From positions 800,001 to 864,000 of the forward strand of contig OY769902.1 of NCBI GenBank assembly GCA_963669175.1: 64,000 nt of DNA, read 5' to 3'. A program made the translations under genes and the position numbers. The notes below the pieces were generated by a model, which did not search any database, was not told where the DNA came from, and saw only the letters and a program-made list of their open reading frames with translations. Below, piece after piece: positions 1-9,148 of this stretch (positions are counted from its first letter, which is position 1; the number at the start of each line of letters is the position of its first letter). The stretch comes from a bacterium (GTDB taxonomy: Bacteria; Electryoneota; Electryoneia; Electryoneales; Electryoneaceae).

Positions 1-637
1 TGAAATCGGCGCAGGACATGATGTTGTGGACAGCCCACGCCTGTTCTCGGATCAGGGCGGGGGTGTGTATATCTTCTACGGGGTTCCAGGGGACTACCAG
101 TACGAAGAAACCTGGTTTACCCACCTAAACGGCGAAGGCGAACTTGCTCTACCGGAATATGGTGATACGGGTGTGCTGCTGACCCCGAACTGGCCGAGTA
201 CGCATTCCCTGTCCGGTATTCCGGATGGTGAAGGCGGCGTTATTTCGGTGTGGACCGATTTCCGCTCCTCTACCGTACGTGAGCTTTCAGATATTTATGC
301 CCAGCGGATTAATGATCGGACAGTCGGCGCTGACCACGAGCCTGTCTCCCTGACCCCGGAACAGTATAGGCTTGATCCGGCCTATCCCAACCCGTTTAAT
401 CCCAGTACAACTCTGCGCTACAGTGTGCCATCCGTCTCGGAACTCCGTTTAACAGTTTCGGACATTCTTGGCAGGACAGTCCGGACGCTGGTGGATGGAA
501 GTGTTTCGGCGGGGCAATACCGCGTGACCTGGGACGGTCGTAGTGACGCAGGAAGTGTTGTTGCTTCAGGCATCTATTTTGTTCAGATGCGCACTCCTGC
601 ACAAACCCTGACACAGAAGCTGGTTTTGGTGAAATAA
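1..637 (+). CDS. 3' part of a secreted protein with C-terminal FlgD-Ig/Por-secretion-tail-like sorting domain (5' end probably outside the window)
   Basis: ORF ends in AYPNPFNPSTTLRY...V.DILGRTVRTL...WDGRSDAGSVVASGIYFVQM...QKLVLVK; upstream PDGEGGVISVWTDFRS...DIYAQRI repeat-like segment. Confidence 0.8.
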   Translation, partial: EIGAGHDVVDSPRLFSDQGGGVYIFYGVPGDYQYEETWFTHLNGEGELALPEYGDTGVLLTPNWPSTHSLSGIPDGEGGVISVWTDFRSSTVRELSDIYAQRINDRTVGADHEPVSLTPEQYRLDPAYPNPFNPSTTLRYSVPSVSELRLTVSDILGRTVRTLVDGSVSAGQYRVTWDGRSDAGSVVASGIYFVQMRTPAQTLTQKLVLVK

Positions 638-661
638 GGAAATACTTCCGGCTCCTTTTTG

Positions 662-751
662 GTTCAAAAGTTCAAAAGTTGGAAAGTTCCAAAGTTATTC
701 AATACAAGTTGTTTATCCTGGCCATCATTCCCTATCATGTTCATCCTGTGA
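662..751. repeat. 8-bp-period AAAGTT tract followed by a ~9-bp-period ATCCT(G) tract
   Basis: gttcaaaa-gttcaaaa-gttggaaa-gttccaaa-gttatt, then gtttatcctggccatcattccctatcatgttcatcctgtga; related tracts at 6046-6085/6491-6565, 32113-32151, 40409-40500, 62082-62118/62451-62473, 62622-62785. Confidence 0.7.
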
Positions 752-753
752 AT

Positions 754-781
754 AAAAAAAGCGCTGCCGAAGCAGCGCTTG
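754..781. terminator. Intrinsic terminator between convergent genes (U-tract on the minus strand)
   Basis: aaaaaaa-gcgctgc-cgaa-gcagcgc-tt hairpin. Confidence 0.75.
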
Positions 782-842
782 AAGACTCAATGCTATCAGA
801 ACCACAGTAAATCATTCACCGTGGATTTTCACCCTCAAAAGA

Positions 843-2006
843 TCACTCCACACCCTTGGCATGGTTGGTCACCATCGCGCCGACCAGGCTGACCGCGTCT
901 TCCATGTCGCTGATCTTGCACCATTCCTTGGTGGAGTGGACATCCTGCATACCGACACCGATCACGAGGCAGGGAATGCCCTTGTGGGTCAGTACGCTAC
1001 CGTCAGTCCCGCCGCCGCCGATCTTCTGTTCCATCTCCCAGCCCAGGTCTTTACCTGCTGCCAGAGCGAGACGGACCACATAGTCCTCTTCGGAGAAACG
1101 GGTGGCGTGGTAATCTTCGCCGATATCCTTGATGAACTTCGGCACTTCGGTCTCGCCATGCTTTTCACGATATTCACGGCAGACATCTTCGAAGCAGTCG
1201 ATCATATGCTGAATCTGCTTCTCCAGCTTTTCCGGGCTGTGGCTGCGAGCTTCCGCGCTCATTTCCACTTCTTCAGTCACGATGTTGGAGGCACGTCCAC
1301 CCTTGATCACGCCGATGTTACAGGTCGTCTCGTCATCAATCCGGCCCATGTTCATCCGTGCGATGGCTTCCGAGGTCACCTTGATCGCGCTGATACCCTT
1401 TTCCGGTTCCACACCAGCATGTGCAGCCTTGCCGATGACACGGAAATTCATGCGTGTGGCGGACGGACTGCCGATGGTCATACCCTTGGGGTCGTGGTCA
1501 TCCAGGATAAATCCTGCAATGGCCTTGAATTTGGCTGTGTCAACATACTTTGCGCCGAGCAGGCCGATTTCTTCGCAGATATGGATGGAGAATTCCAGGT
1601 CCGGACGGGGAACATCCGGCTGCGCCTTCGCCATACGGACAAGGTTCAAGATGACAGCAATACCGGACTTGTCATCGCTACCCAGGATGGTGTCGCCCTG
1701 GGAACGGATGATGCCATCTTCCACGACAGGCTTGATCCCGCGTGCCGGTTCGACAGTGTCCATGTGTGCGCTGAACATCAAGGGTTTTACGGCATTGGTG
1801 TTGCCCGGGAAACGGACAAACAGGTTCCCCGTATTACCGCCGACTTTTTCTCCGGCATTGTCTTCTTCGACTTCGCATCCCAGTTCGGTGAACTTGGCCT
1901 TCAGCCAGTCAGCCATGGCCCGTTCATCTTTTGACGGACTGTCGATCTGCACCATTTCCAGAAAATCTTCAAGCAGCTTGTCGCCGATTACTTTAAACTC
2001 ACTCAT
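843..2006 (-). CDS. M20B family metallopeptidase (peptidase T-like)
   Basis: SAHMDTV, GSDDKSG, EEIGLLGA, AAHAG, GGGTDG and VHSTKE metal-binding motifs. Confidence 0.9.
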   Translation of the reverse strand: MSEFKVIGDKLLEDFLEMVQIDSPSKDERAMADWLKAKFTELGCEVEEDNAGEKVGGNTGNLFVRFPGNTNAVKPLMFSAHMDTVEPARGIKPVVEDGIIRSQGDTILGSDDKSGIAVILNLVRMAKAQPDVPRPDLEFSIHICEEIGLLGAKYVDTAKFKAIAGFILDDHDPKGMTIGSPSATRMNFRVIGKAAHAGVEPEKGISAIKVTSEAIARMNMGRIDDETTCNIGVIKGGRASNIVTEEVEMSAEARSHSPEKLEKQIQHMIDCFEDVCREYREKHGETEVPKFIKDIGEDYHATRFSEEDYVVRLALAAGKDLGWEMEQKIGGGGTDGSVLTHKGIPCLVIGVGMQDVHSTKEWCKISDMEDAVSLVGAMVTNHAKGVE

Positions 2007-3378
2007 GCTTGAGCCCCTCTGCCAGTACTATGTCCTCGTCTGCTTGTATCTCAAGCAAACGTACTTTTGTTCTATGCCTGGGGGGAGCGGGTTCGGTTAA
2101 TTGTACACGCAAATAGTTGCGTGTATACCCGTTCCGTCCATTCTCTTCAACTAAAACCTCTGCAATCGAGCCAACAGCGGATTGCAGGTGAGCACGTTTC
2201 CGTCTCCTGCCCTCTTCCCTGAGTCGTGAAGCACGGTTATGGATAGTCTCGAAGTCAATCTGAGGAGTCATTTGCGCGGCAATTGTGCCGGGCCGGGGAG
2301 AATACGGAAAAACGTGCAGGTAGTGTAACGGCGCAGTATCAAGGAAAGCAAGTGTTCTCCGGTGTGCGCTCTCGGTTTCGCCGGGTAAACCCGCAATTAC
2401 ATCTGCTCCAATCGTCAACTGCGGACGATTTTCTCTCAAGACGGCCAGGGTTTCAATCAGCCTGTCGATGTCCATCTCGCGCCCCATGAGCGTCAACAGC
2501 TCCGGATCTGCGGTTTGCAGGGAAAGGTGCAGGTGTTCACACCAGGCTTCAACATCTGCCAGTTTCCGGGCGCGTTCCGGGGTCAGTTCCCAGGGTTCCA
2601 GGCTGGACAGGCGGATACGTGGCAACCCTTCATCGTCGGCCATTCGGACCAGGTCCACAAAATCCAGCTTGATGCCAAGATCCTTGCCCCAAGCTGCCAG
2701 ATCCACCCCGGTCAACACCACCTCCTCGAACCCGGAAAGCTTGATCCGTTGCAGGGCGGCACGGACCTGGTCGGGCGCAACACTGCGTGAAGAACCACGT
2801 ACAAGTGTAACAGCACAATAGGCACACTGATGATCACACCCGTCCTGCACCTTCAGAAACGCGCGTGAACGTCCGGAAACACGTGTTCCCACACTTGCCA
2901 GCACACGATTTTGCTTGCCGCTGACTTCTACCAGTGGCGTTTTCGAACGTGACGGCAGGTGGTTGTCGTTGAGGTTCAGGTCCAATGCCGGGAGATAGTC
3001 AAAAACAAAGGCTTTCTCTTCCACCCCCAGCACGGCATCCACTTCGCCTTCTTCGACCAGTTCATCTGCTGCGCGTCCGGCGAAACAACCAACCGCCAGG
3101 ATAACCGCGTTCGGGTTTTCACGTCTTGCCCGGTGAATCAACTTCCGGCTGGCACGGTCCGCGCGTCCGGTTACCGTACAAGTGTTGATGTAAAACAGGT
3201 CCGCGCCATCGGTAAAACGTCCGACAGTCCACCCGCGCTGGGTAAACTGTTCAGCCATACCATCCGTCTCGGCCTGATTAAGCCGACAGCCCACTGTCGC
3301 AAAGGCAACAGTGGGCTGTACGGTATCACTTCCGGAATCAGGAGATTCGACCGGGGAGGCGTTGTTCGCTTCCCTCAT
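1999..3378 (-). CDS. mtaB: tRNA methylthiotransferase, MtaB (MiaB-like radical SAM)
   Basis: TVGCRLNQAE, INTCTVT, LKVQDGCDHQCAYC (CxxxCxxC), HVFPYSPRPGT; start placed at ATG 3378 just after the rpsA stop. Confidence 0.85.
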   Translation of the reverse strand: MREANNASPVESPDSGSDTVQPTVAFATVGCRLNQAETDGMAEQFTQRGWTVGRFTDGADLFYINTCTVTGRADRASRKLIHRARRENPNAVILAVGCFAGRAADELVEEGEVDAVLGVEEKAFVFDYLPALDLNLNDNHLPSRSKTPLVEVSGKQNRVLASVGTRVSGRSRAFLKVQDGCDHQCAYCAVTLVRGSSRSVAPDQVRAALQRIKLSGFEEVVLTGVDLAAWGKDLGIKLDFVDLVRMADDEGLPRIRLSSLEPWELTPERARKLADVEAWCEHLHLSLQTADPELLTLMGREMDIDRLIETLAVLRENRPQLTIGADVIAGLPGETESAHRRTLAFLDTAPLHYLHVFPYSPRPGTIAAQMTPQIDFETIHNRASRLREEGRRRKRAHLQSAVGSIAEVLVEENGRNGYTRNYLRVQLTEPAPPRHRTKVRLLEIQADEDIVLAEGLKHE

Positions 3379-3385
3379 GTCGGGC

Positions 3386-5527
3386 TCACTCTTCCTTGTT
3401 GTCTTCTGCATCCGTGGTATCGGCTTCCTCGGTTTCTTCAACCTGCGGTTCTTCTACCGGAGCTTCTTCTACCACTTCTTCTTCTTCGGCTTGTTCTTCC
3501 GCCTTGGCTTTCTTCTTGTCTTCCTTGGCGTCGCTCTTCTTGTCGGCCTTTTCCTGCTGCTGGGCGGCACGCAGTTCCTTCAACAGCGGGTTGTCCTCGT
3601 CCAGAGTGTCCATCAAAGTGGTCTTGGTACGGGAACCCTTGCCAACATAGGCTGCTGTCTGGGAGCGTTCTTCCTTCTCTTCCGCCTGTGTATTGGACAG
3701 GACTGCCTTGTGCTCGTTGCTGTCAAACTCGAGCAGCATAAGCTTCATGACATCGCCGACCTGAACATTGCGCTTCTTGCCGTCGAAGTACTTGCGCGAA
3801 ATCTGGCTGTTCGGGACAAAGCCTTCGATCTTGTGCGGCAGTTCAACCAACACGCCCTTGTCGATGACACGGGTAACCGAACCGCTGGTCTTGCCACCTT
3901 CCTTGATTTCACGTTCGAACAGCTCCCAGGGATTCTCTTCAAGCTGCTTGAAGCCGAGGGCGATACGACGTTCGTTGCGGTCGAAATCGAGGATAATGAT
4001 GTCGATTTCCTGGCCCTTCTTCAGGACTTCGCCGGGATGACGGACCTTCTTGGTCCAGGAGAGGTCGCTGATATGAATCAGGCCGTCGATGTTGTCCTCG
4101 AGTTCCACAAATGCGCCGAATGGGACCAGGTCACGGACGGTGCCCTTGTGACGGGTGCCGACACGGTACTTGGCTTCGAAGGTCTGCCACGGATCTTCCT
4201 CGACCTGCTTGAGGCCCAGGCTGATTTTGCGGTTTTCTTTGTCGATGTTCAGAATCATGACCTGGACAAAGTCGCCTTCGTGTACGATCTGGCTGGGATG
4301 GCGGACATGCTGTGTCCAGCTCATCTCGCTGATGTGGATAAGGCCTTCGATACCGGGTTCGATCTCGACAAAGGCGCCGTACTTGGCAAGGCTGACCACC
4401 TGGCCCTGAACTTTCTGGCCCACGGTGTATTTCCTGTCGATCTCGTCCCACAGGTGGGCGTAAAGCTGCTTGAGACCGAGGCTGATCCGCTTCCGGTCTT
4501 CGTCGTAGTTGAGCACCTTGACCTTGATCTTCTGATCAAGCTGGACAACTTCGCTCGGGTGGGTAACACGGCCCCAGGAGAGGTCGGTGATGTGCAACAG
4601 GCCGTCAACGCCGCCCAGGTCGACAAATACGCCGAAGTCGGTGATATTCTTGACAGTACCTTCGAGGACGTCGCCAACCTGCAGGCTGTTAAGCAGCTTT
4701 TCGCGGACTTCGCGCAGCCCTTCCTCGACCAGGACCTTGTGGCTGATGACCACGTTTTTGCGAAGGTCGTTGATCTTCAGGATGCGGAATTCCATCTCTT
4801 CGCCGATCAGGGATTCGAAATCGCGGATCGGACGGACATCGATCTGGCTGCCCGGCAGGAATGCGTCCACGCCGCCCAGGTCGACTACCATACCGCCCTT
4901 GATGCGGCGGGTGCAACGGCCCTTGATGATGCCGTCGTTTTCGTAGACTGCACGGACCCGTTCCCAGACCCGCATGAAGTCTGCTTTCTTCTTGGACAGC
5001 AGGAGCTGCCCTTCGCTATCCTCGACGGTGTCGAGGTAAACATCTATCGTATCGCCGACACTCAGGTTCTTGGGATCATCGAACTCTTCGATCAGGACGG
5101 TGCCTTCGGACTTGAAGCCGATGTCAACGGCCACTTCCTTGTCACCGATGGCGATGATCTTACCGGTTACGATTGTCCCCTCACGGATCTCGGTGAGAGT
5201 GTCTTCGTAAAGTGCAGCTTGAGCGGCAAATTCTTCGTCGGAATACTCATCGTCGGAAGGCAGGTCTTCGAGCTTGATGAACTTTTCGCCATTGCGGATT
5301 TCGATCTTGTCTTTGATCGTCGCGGTGGCGTCGGGCTCTTCCGAGATTTCCTGCACATTGCTGGTGTCTCGATCACTGCCGGCGTGCTTGTCTTTTTCGC
5401 TGGGTTCCGCAGCAGCCTTTTCTTCTACCGGTTCTGCGGGTTTGGTTTCTTCGGCCTTCTCTTCTGTGGCCACGTTTTCTGTTTCCGCGTTTTCAGCGGC
5501 AGTCTGGTTTTTTACCTCTTCACTCAT
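3386..5527 (-). CDS. rpsA: 30S ribosomal protein S1
   Basis: Six S1 repeats (DIGFKSEG, FLPGSQID, DGLLHITDLSW, EGLIHISEMSW, DGLIHISDLSW, EGFVPNSQ); GAGGTG RBS before ATG 5527. Confidence 0.97.
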   Translation of the reverse strand: MSEEVKNQTAAENAETENVATEEKAEETKPAEPVEEKAAAEPSEKDKHAGSDRDTSNVQEISEEPDATATIKDKIEIRNGEKFIKLEDLPSDDEYSDEEFAAQAALYEDTLTEIREGTIVTGKIIAIGDKEVAVDIGFKSEGTVLIEEFDDPKNLSVGDTIDVYLDTVEDSEGQLLLSKKKADFMRVWERVRAVYENDGIIKGRCTRRIKGGMVVDLGGVDAFLPGSQIDVRPIRDFESLIGEEMEFRILKINDLRKNVVISHKVLVEEGLREVREKLLNSLQVGDVLEGTVKNITDFGVFVDLGGVDGLLHITDLSWGRVTHPSEVVQLDQKIKVKVLNYDEDRKRISLGLKQLYAHLWDEIDRKYTVGQKVQGQVVSLAKYGAFVEIEPGIEGLIHISEMSWTQHVRHPSQIVHEGDFVQVMILNIDKENRKISLGLKQVEEDPWQTFEAKYRVGTRHKGTVRDLVPFGAFVELEDNIDGLIHISDLSWTKKVRHPGEVLKKGQEIDIIILDFDRNERRIALGFKQLEENPWELFEREIKEGGKTSGSVTRVIDKGVLVELPHKIEGFVPNSQISRKYFDGKKRNVQVGDVMKLMLLEFDSNEHKAVLSNTQAEEKEERSQTAAYVGKGSRTKTTLMDTLDEDNPLLKELRAAQQQEKADKKSDAKEDKKKAKAEEQAEEEEVVEEAPVEEPQVEETEEADTTDAEDNKEE

Positions 5528-6111
5528 GTCTAACACCTCTCAGGCATCTGACAATGCGGCCTATGCCACACCGGGGTTGATGGGGGCGAAGTACGGGAAT
5601 CGACCGAGCGGACACTTCCAACAGGCGGGACCGGCACGACGGGGATGCCAAACCGTGACCGGGGTTACCGTCCGCGACTGCTACAGAACGCCAGTTTCAT
5701 CTGCAGGGGATGAAATGTGCCTGTACAGCCCGTTCAACGCCTTCTTGACAACACGTTCTTTCCGCCAACCCTGCAAGTCGGGCGACAACAGAAAGATATG
5801 GTTTTGTAGAACCTTGCCCCCTGTCGCAAAGGGGCCTTTCTCCTTGCATCTAACGACAAGTAGCCCGGCCCCATCATGGAACCGGGTTGCTAACAAACTT
5901 CAATATAGAGATAACAGAAGGAGAGGTCCAGTGTTAGCGCTGCTGAACGGCCAGAACTGTGGCTCTCGGAGGCTATGCAGGTAAAGAAGGTAAAAAACGT
6001 AAAAAAAGTAGCCCGGCCATGCTTGGCCGTGGATGATATTTGCATGTTGTAAAGTTTGAAGGTATTAAAGTTGAAAAGTTATTAAAAAACAATACACAAG
6101 ATAGAAAAATT

Positions 6112-6444
6112 GGATGCTCACAAGAACTTGTGCATGCTATCGAAGAGCATGTTTCGTCAGGTCTTGAGGTGATGCCTTTTTCTTGTTTTTCTACGTAAGC
6201 AAAGACAATTTTACGACTTCACACTTGCTATTTCACACGATAGATCGTAATCAGGCATCACGTTGTGACCTGACGACGGCGAGAATGCTGATACCGGTGG
6301 CAGGTCACAACGCGACAATAACCGGGCGAAAGATGGCTTCAGTATCATCGTGCATTCAGGAAAACATAGCGAAAGCTAAAGACGGGATGTCGCGTCAAGA
6401 CCTGCCACAACTTTGCCCGGATGCACAAATTCTATTGAGGAACC
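6112..6444. mobile_element. MITE family A, copy 1 (non-coding, ~333 bp)
   Basis: Imperfect TIRs GGATGCTCACAAGAACTTGTGCAT / ATGCACAAATTCTATTGAGGAACC with subterminal CAGGTCTTGA / TCAAGACCTG; homologous to 62119-62450, 45955-46170 and 39901-39954. Confidence 0.8.
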
Positions 6445-6591
6445 GAAAAGGTGAATCTCTGTTGTCATTGTGAAATATTACAAAACCATCACATCCTTTT
6501 GCCTTTTATTCTGATCATCCTTATTGATCCTGTTCATCCTGTAAATCAATCTGTAAATCAATCCGGAAAATCCAGAGACTTCAACCAACTC

Positions 6592-7350
6592 CTAATCGCC
6601 AATGACAAAGGTCGCCATAGGTAAAAGCGAACACAGTATTGCCAGCGTTTCCTGAACCCTCCACGCCGGGGGGTGTAACGCAGTGCGTTTCTGCCGTGGG
6701 TCATAACCACGCAGGATCAGCGCATCAGCCAGTTCATCGGCACGTTTCATACTGTTCGCGATCAGGGGCACCAGGATCGGCGTCCAAGCCAGGATACGGC
6801 CGATCCGTCCGCCCTTGCGTCCCCAGCCACGTGTCATCGCAGCACGTTGCAACGCGCCGGCCTCTTCATATAACACCGGCACAAAACGAAGCGATAATGC
6901 CAAGGCCAAAGCCGGTGCGCCGACCGAAATCCCGATCCAGCGCAATGGGCTCAACAGGCTTTCTACCGCACGAATTGCTTCAAGAGGTTTGGTCGTGACC
7001 GCGAGTGTTCCGGCGGCCAGCACCGCCACCGTAAGACGCAATACGATCAAGCCACCCTTTTGCAGACCTTCCAGAGTCAGCATCCATCCGGTCCAGGGCA
7101 TTTCCCACAGGATATGGCCGGAGGTGGTGAACCCGTGGATCAGTACGGTCAGCGTAAACATCCATACCAACGCCACAAGGGGAGCCGCAAGACGGAATAA
7201 ACGCCCCCCCGATAAAATCACCGCAACCGCTGTCACAAAACAAGCTGCCCAGAACCCCCAACCCCACGGCAACAGCATAGTCTGCCCGGCCAGCAGAAGG
7301 ACGGCTGGAAGCTTCGCGCGGGGATCAATCTTCAGCAGGGGTGATGACAC
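6592..7350 (-). CDS. ecfT: Energy-coupling factor transporter transmembrane component T
   Basis: IDPRAKL, LSLRFVP, AMTRG and LILRGY motifs; GTG 7350 with AGGA RBS preferred over 7386, which lies inside the MITE. Confidence 0.88.
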   Translation of the reverse strand: MSSPLLKIDPRAKLPAVLLLAGQTMLLPWGWGFWAACFVTAVAVILSGGRLFRLAAPLVALVWMFTLTVLIHGFTTSGHILWEMPWTGWMLTLEGLQKGGLIVLRLTVAVLAAGTLAVTTKPLEAIRAVESLLSPLRWIGISVGAPALALALSLRFVPVLYEEAGALQRAAMTRGWGRKGGRIGRILAWTPILVPLIANSMKRADELADALILRGYDPRQKRTALHPPAWRVQETLAILCSLLPMATFVIGD

Positions 7351-7369
7351 TGGAATCCTGTGTGTTTTT

Positions 7370-7639
7370 CTAGTGGACCGAATCACATGAATTGATAGAT
7401 ACTGAGCTGCGCATCATCGTTCAGGACAAGGCGCATTCCTGAAGACATAGCGGGTTATTTCAAAGGAACGGAACGACGTCATGAACGATGAGGCGCGCTC
7501 CCTTCGGGCTTGTCACGAGGCGGCTGTCTGCTGCGTTGATTTCATTTACAGTAACCCGCTACACCTGCATGAAATCGCCTTGCACCCAACTCGCCCGTGA
7601 CAAGCAGGACTCCTCGATTCATGTGATCCGTTCCACTAG
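7370..7639. mobile_element. MITE family C (270 bp, TA-flanked, Correia/ERIC-like architecture)
   Basis: TIR CTAGTGGACCGAATCACATGAATTGA ... TCGATTCATGTGATCCGTTCCACTAG; internal CAGGACAAGGCG motif and nested inverted segments; no credible CDS. Confidence 0.75.
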
Positions 7640-7735
7640 CCATACACGTGAAAAGGTCCACCATTTACAGGCTGAATATAGGAGCGAAACAGCATGGAAA
7701 AAATGGTATTTCCTTCATGACCGATACTGCATTCA

Positions 7736-9148
7736 TCAAAGATCAAACTTGTCAATTTTCCTTCGCAGCGAACCCCTCGACAGACCAAGGTATTGTGCGG
7801 CTCTGGATTTATTTCCTTTGAATTTGTCCAGTGTTTTGGCAATGATTTCTCGCGTCAACCGTTCCAAGTTCAGGTTTTCGTCTGGTAAGGTAAATTGTTC
7901 GGGAGAAAGTGGCGGTGTAATGGGAGTAGATGTTACACCTGCATCATCGACAATGCCGTCGAGGTGTGAAGGGATCAATGTTTCCCCATCATGTAGCAGA
8001 ACGGCACGTTCGATCATGTTTTTCAATTCTCGAGTGTTGCCGGGCCAATTGTATTCTTCCAGCAGAAGGCTGGTGTCACTCCTGATGTATGTAAATCGCT
8101 TTTTCCTGGTTTTCGCATAGTTCTTCAGGAAAAGATCCGCCAGTGGGAGGATAGCCTCGCGTGTTGACCTCAACGAGGGTAGCTCGATCACGCCAAGGTT
8201 CAACCGGTGATACAGGTCGCTACGGAACGCGCCATTGTCAACCAGCGTGGTCAGTTTCACATTTGTCGCTGCAATGATACGGACATCAAGCTTGATACCC
8301 TTACTTCCACCGAGCCTGAACAGCTCTTTTTCCTGGAGGACACGAAGTAATTTGGGTTGCATTTCCATGGGCAGGTCACCGATTTCATCGAGGAATACCG
8401 TGCCCCCCTGTGCAGCCTCGAGCAGACCGACTCGTCCATACTTATTGGCCCCGGTAAAGGCGCCGGCCTCGTAGCCAAACAGTTCACTCTCGAACAGACT
8501 GGGACTGATTGCCGCACAATTCAGTGACAGGAAGGGGGAAGGAGTCCGTCCACGTCCATGATGAACCAGCCGTGCAACACCTTCCTTGCCGGTGCCGGTT
8601 TCACCGGTAATTAAAACGGGCACGGCACGGTCTTCATGGTAGGTTAAGGCCAATTCAAGCAGTTTTCGGTGGGCATGCGAATAGAATCCCAGTTCACCGT
8701 AATCCGGAACCTGGAACGTAATGCCTTTCCCACGCCAGTCCGTGCTGTCGATACCGTTGTCACTGCCCCCATTTTCAGCGTTAATCGAAACCTGGAGCCT
8801 GTCCATCAATGCTGCAAGCGTTCCGGCGTCAACCGGTTTTATCAGGTAATCAAACGCGCCCTGCCGTATGGCTGTTACTGATGTTTCCAGGCTGGCAAAC
8901 CCCGTCATCAGGACAACTTCCGCCGGCAATGGGGGTTCGTGATTTTTGATAGCCTTCAGTAATTCCATGCCATCCATGGGACTCATACGGATATCAGACA
9001 GTACGACATCAAAGGGCTGTTCCGATAGCAGTTTCAAGGCGGACCTGGCATTATCCGACTCTTCCACGTTGTGTCCCAGGGCCAGATCCAGGTAGCGAAC
9101 CACCGCTTTCCTGCTGGTCTGATCATCGTCAACGACCAGAATTTTCAT
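7736..9148 (-). CDS. Sigma54-dependent response regulator (NtrC family: REC-AAA+-HTH)
   Basis: REC (VVDDD, SDIRM, KP), GETGTGKE, GAFTGA, FLDEIG, WPGNTRELKN, C-terminal Fis-type HTH. Confidence 0.95.
   Translation of the reverse strand: MKILVVDDDQTSRKAVVRYLDLALGHNVEESDNARSALKLLSEQPFDVVLSDIRMSPMDGMELLKAIKNHEPPLPAEVVLMTGFASLETSVTAIRQGAFDYLIKPVDAGTLAALMDRLQVSINAENGGSDNGIDSTDWRGKGITFQVPDYGELGFYSHAHRKLLELALTYHEDRAVPVLITGETGTGKEGVARLVHHGRGRTPSPFLSLNCAAISPSLFESELFGYEAGAFTGANKYGRVGLLEAAQGGTVFLDEIGDLPMEMQPKLLRVLQEKELFRLGGSKGIKLDVRIIAATNVKLTTLVDNGAFRSDLYHRLNLGVIELPSLRSTREAILPLADLFLKNYAKTRKKRFTYIRSDTSLLLEEYNWPGNTRELKNMIERAVLLHDGETLIPSHLDGIVDDAGVTSTPITPPLSPEQFTLPDENLNLERLTREIIAKTLDKFKGNKSRAAQYLGLSRGSLRRKIDKFDL

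Noticed and set aside
861-2100. 357-aa and 272-aa + strand ORFs
   Set aside because: Antisense to the M20 peptidase
3311-5533. 740-aa + strand ORF
   Set aside because: Antisense shadow of the codon-biased rpsA gene; no motifs
6183-6473. Recurrent small ORFs containing PVAGHNAT (also 45963-46163 and 62190-62444)
   Set aside because: Translations of MITE A with frames not conserved between copies
7351-7386. ecfT start codon supplied by the MITE
   Set aside because: GTG 7350 with an AGGA RBS gives a typical EcfT N-terminus
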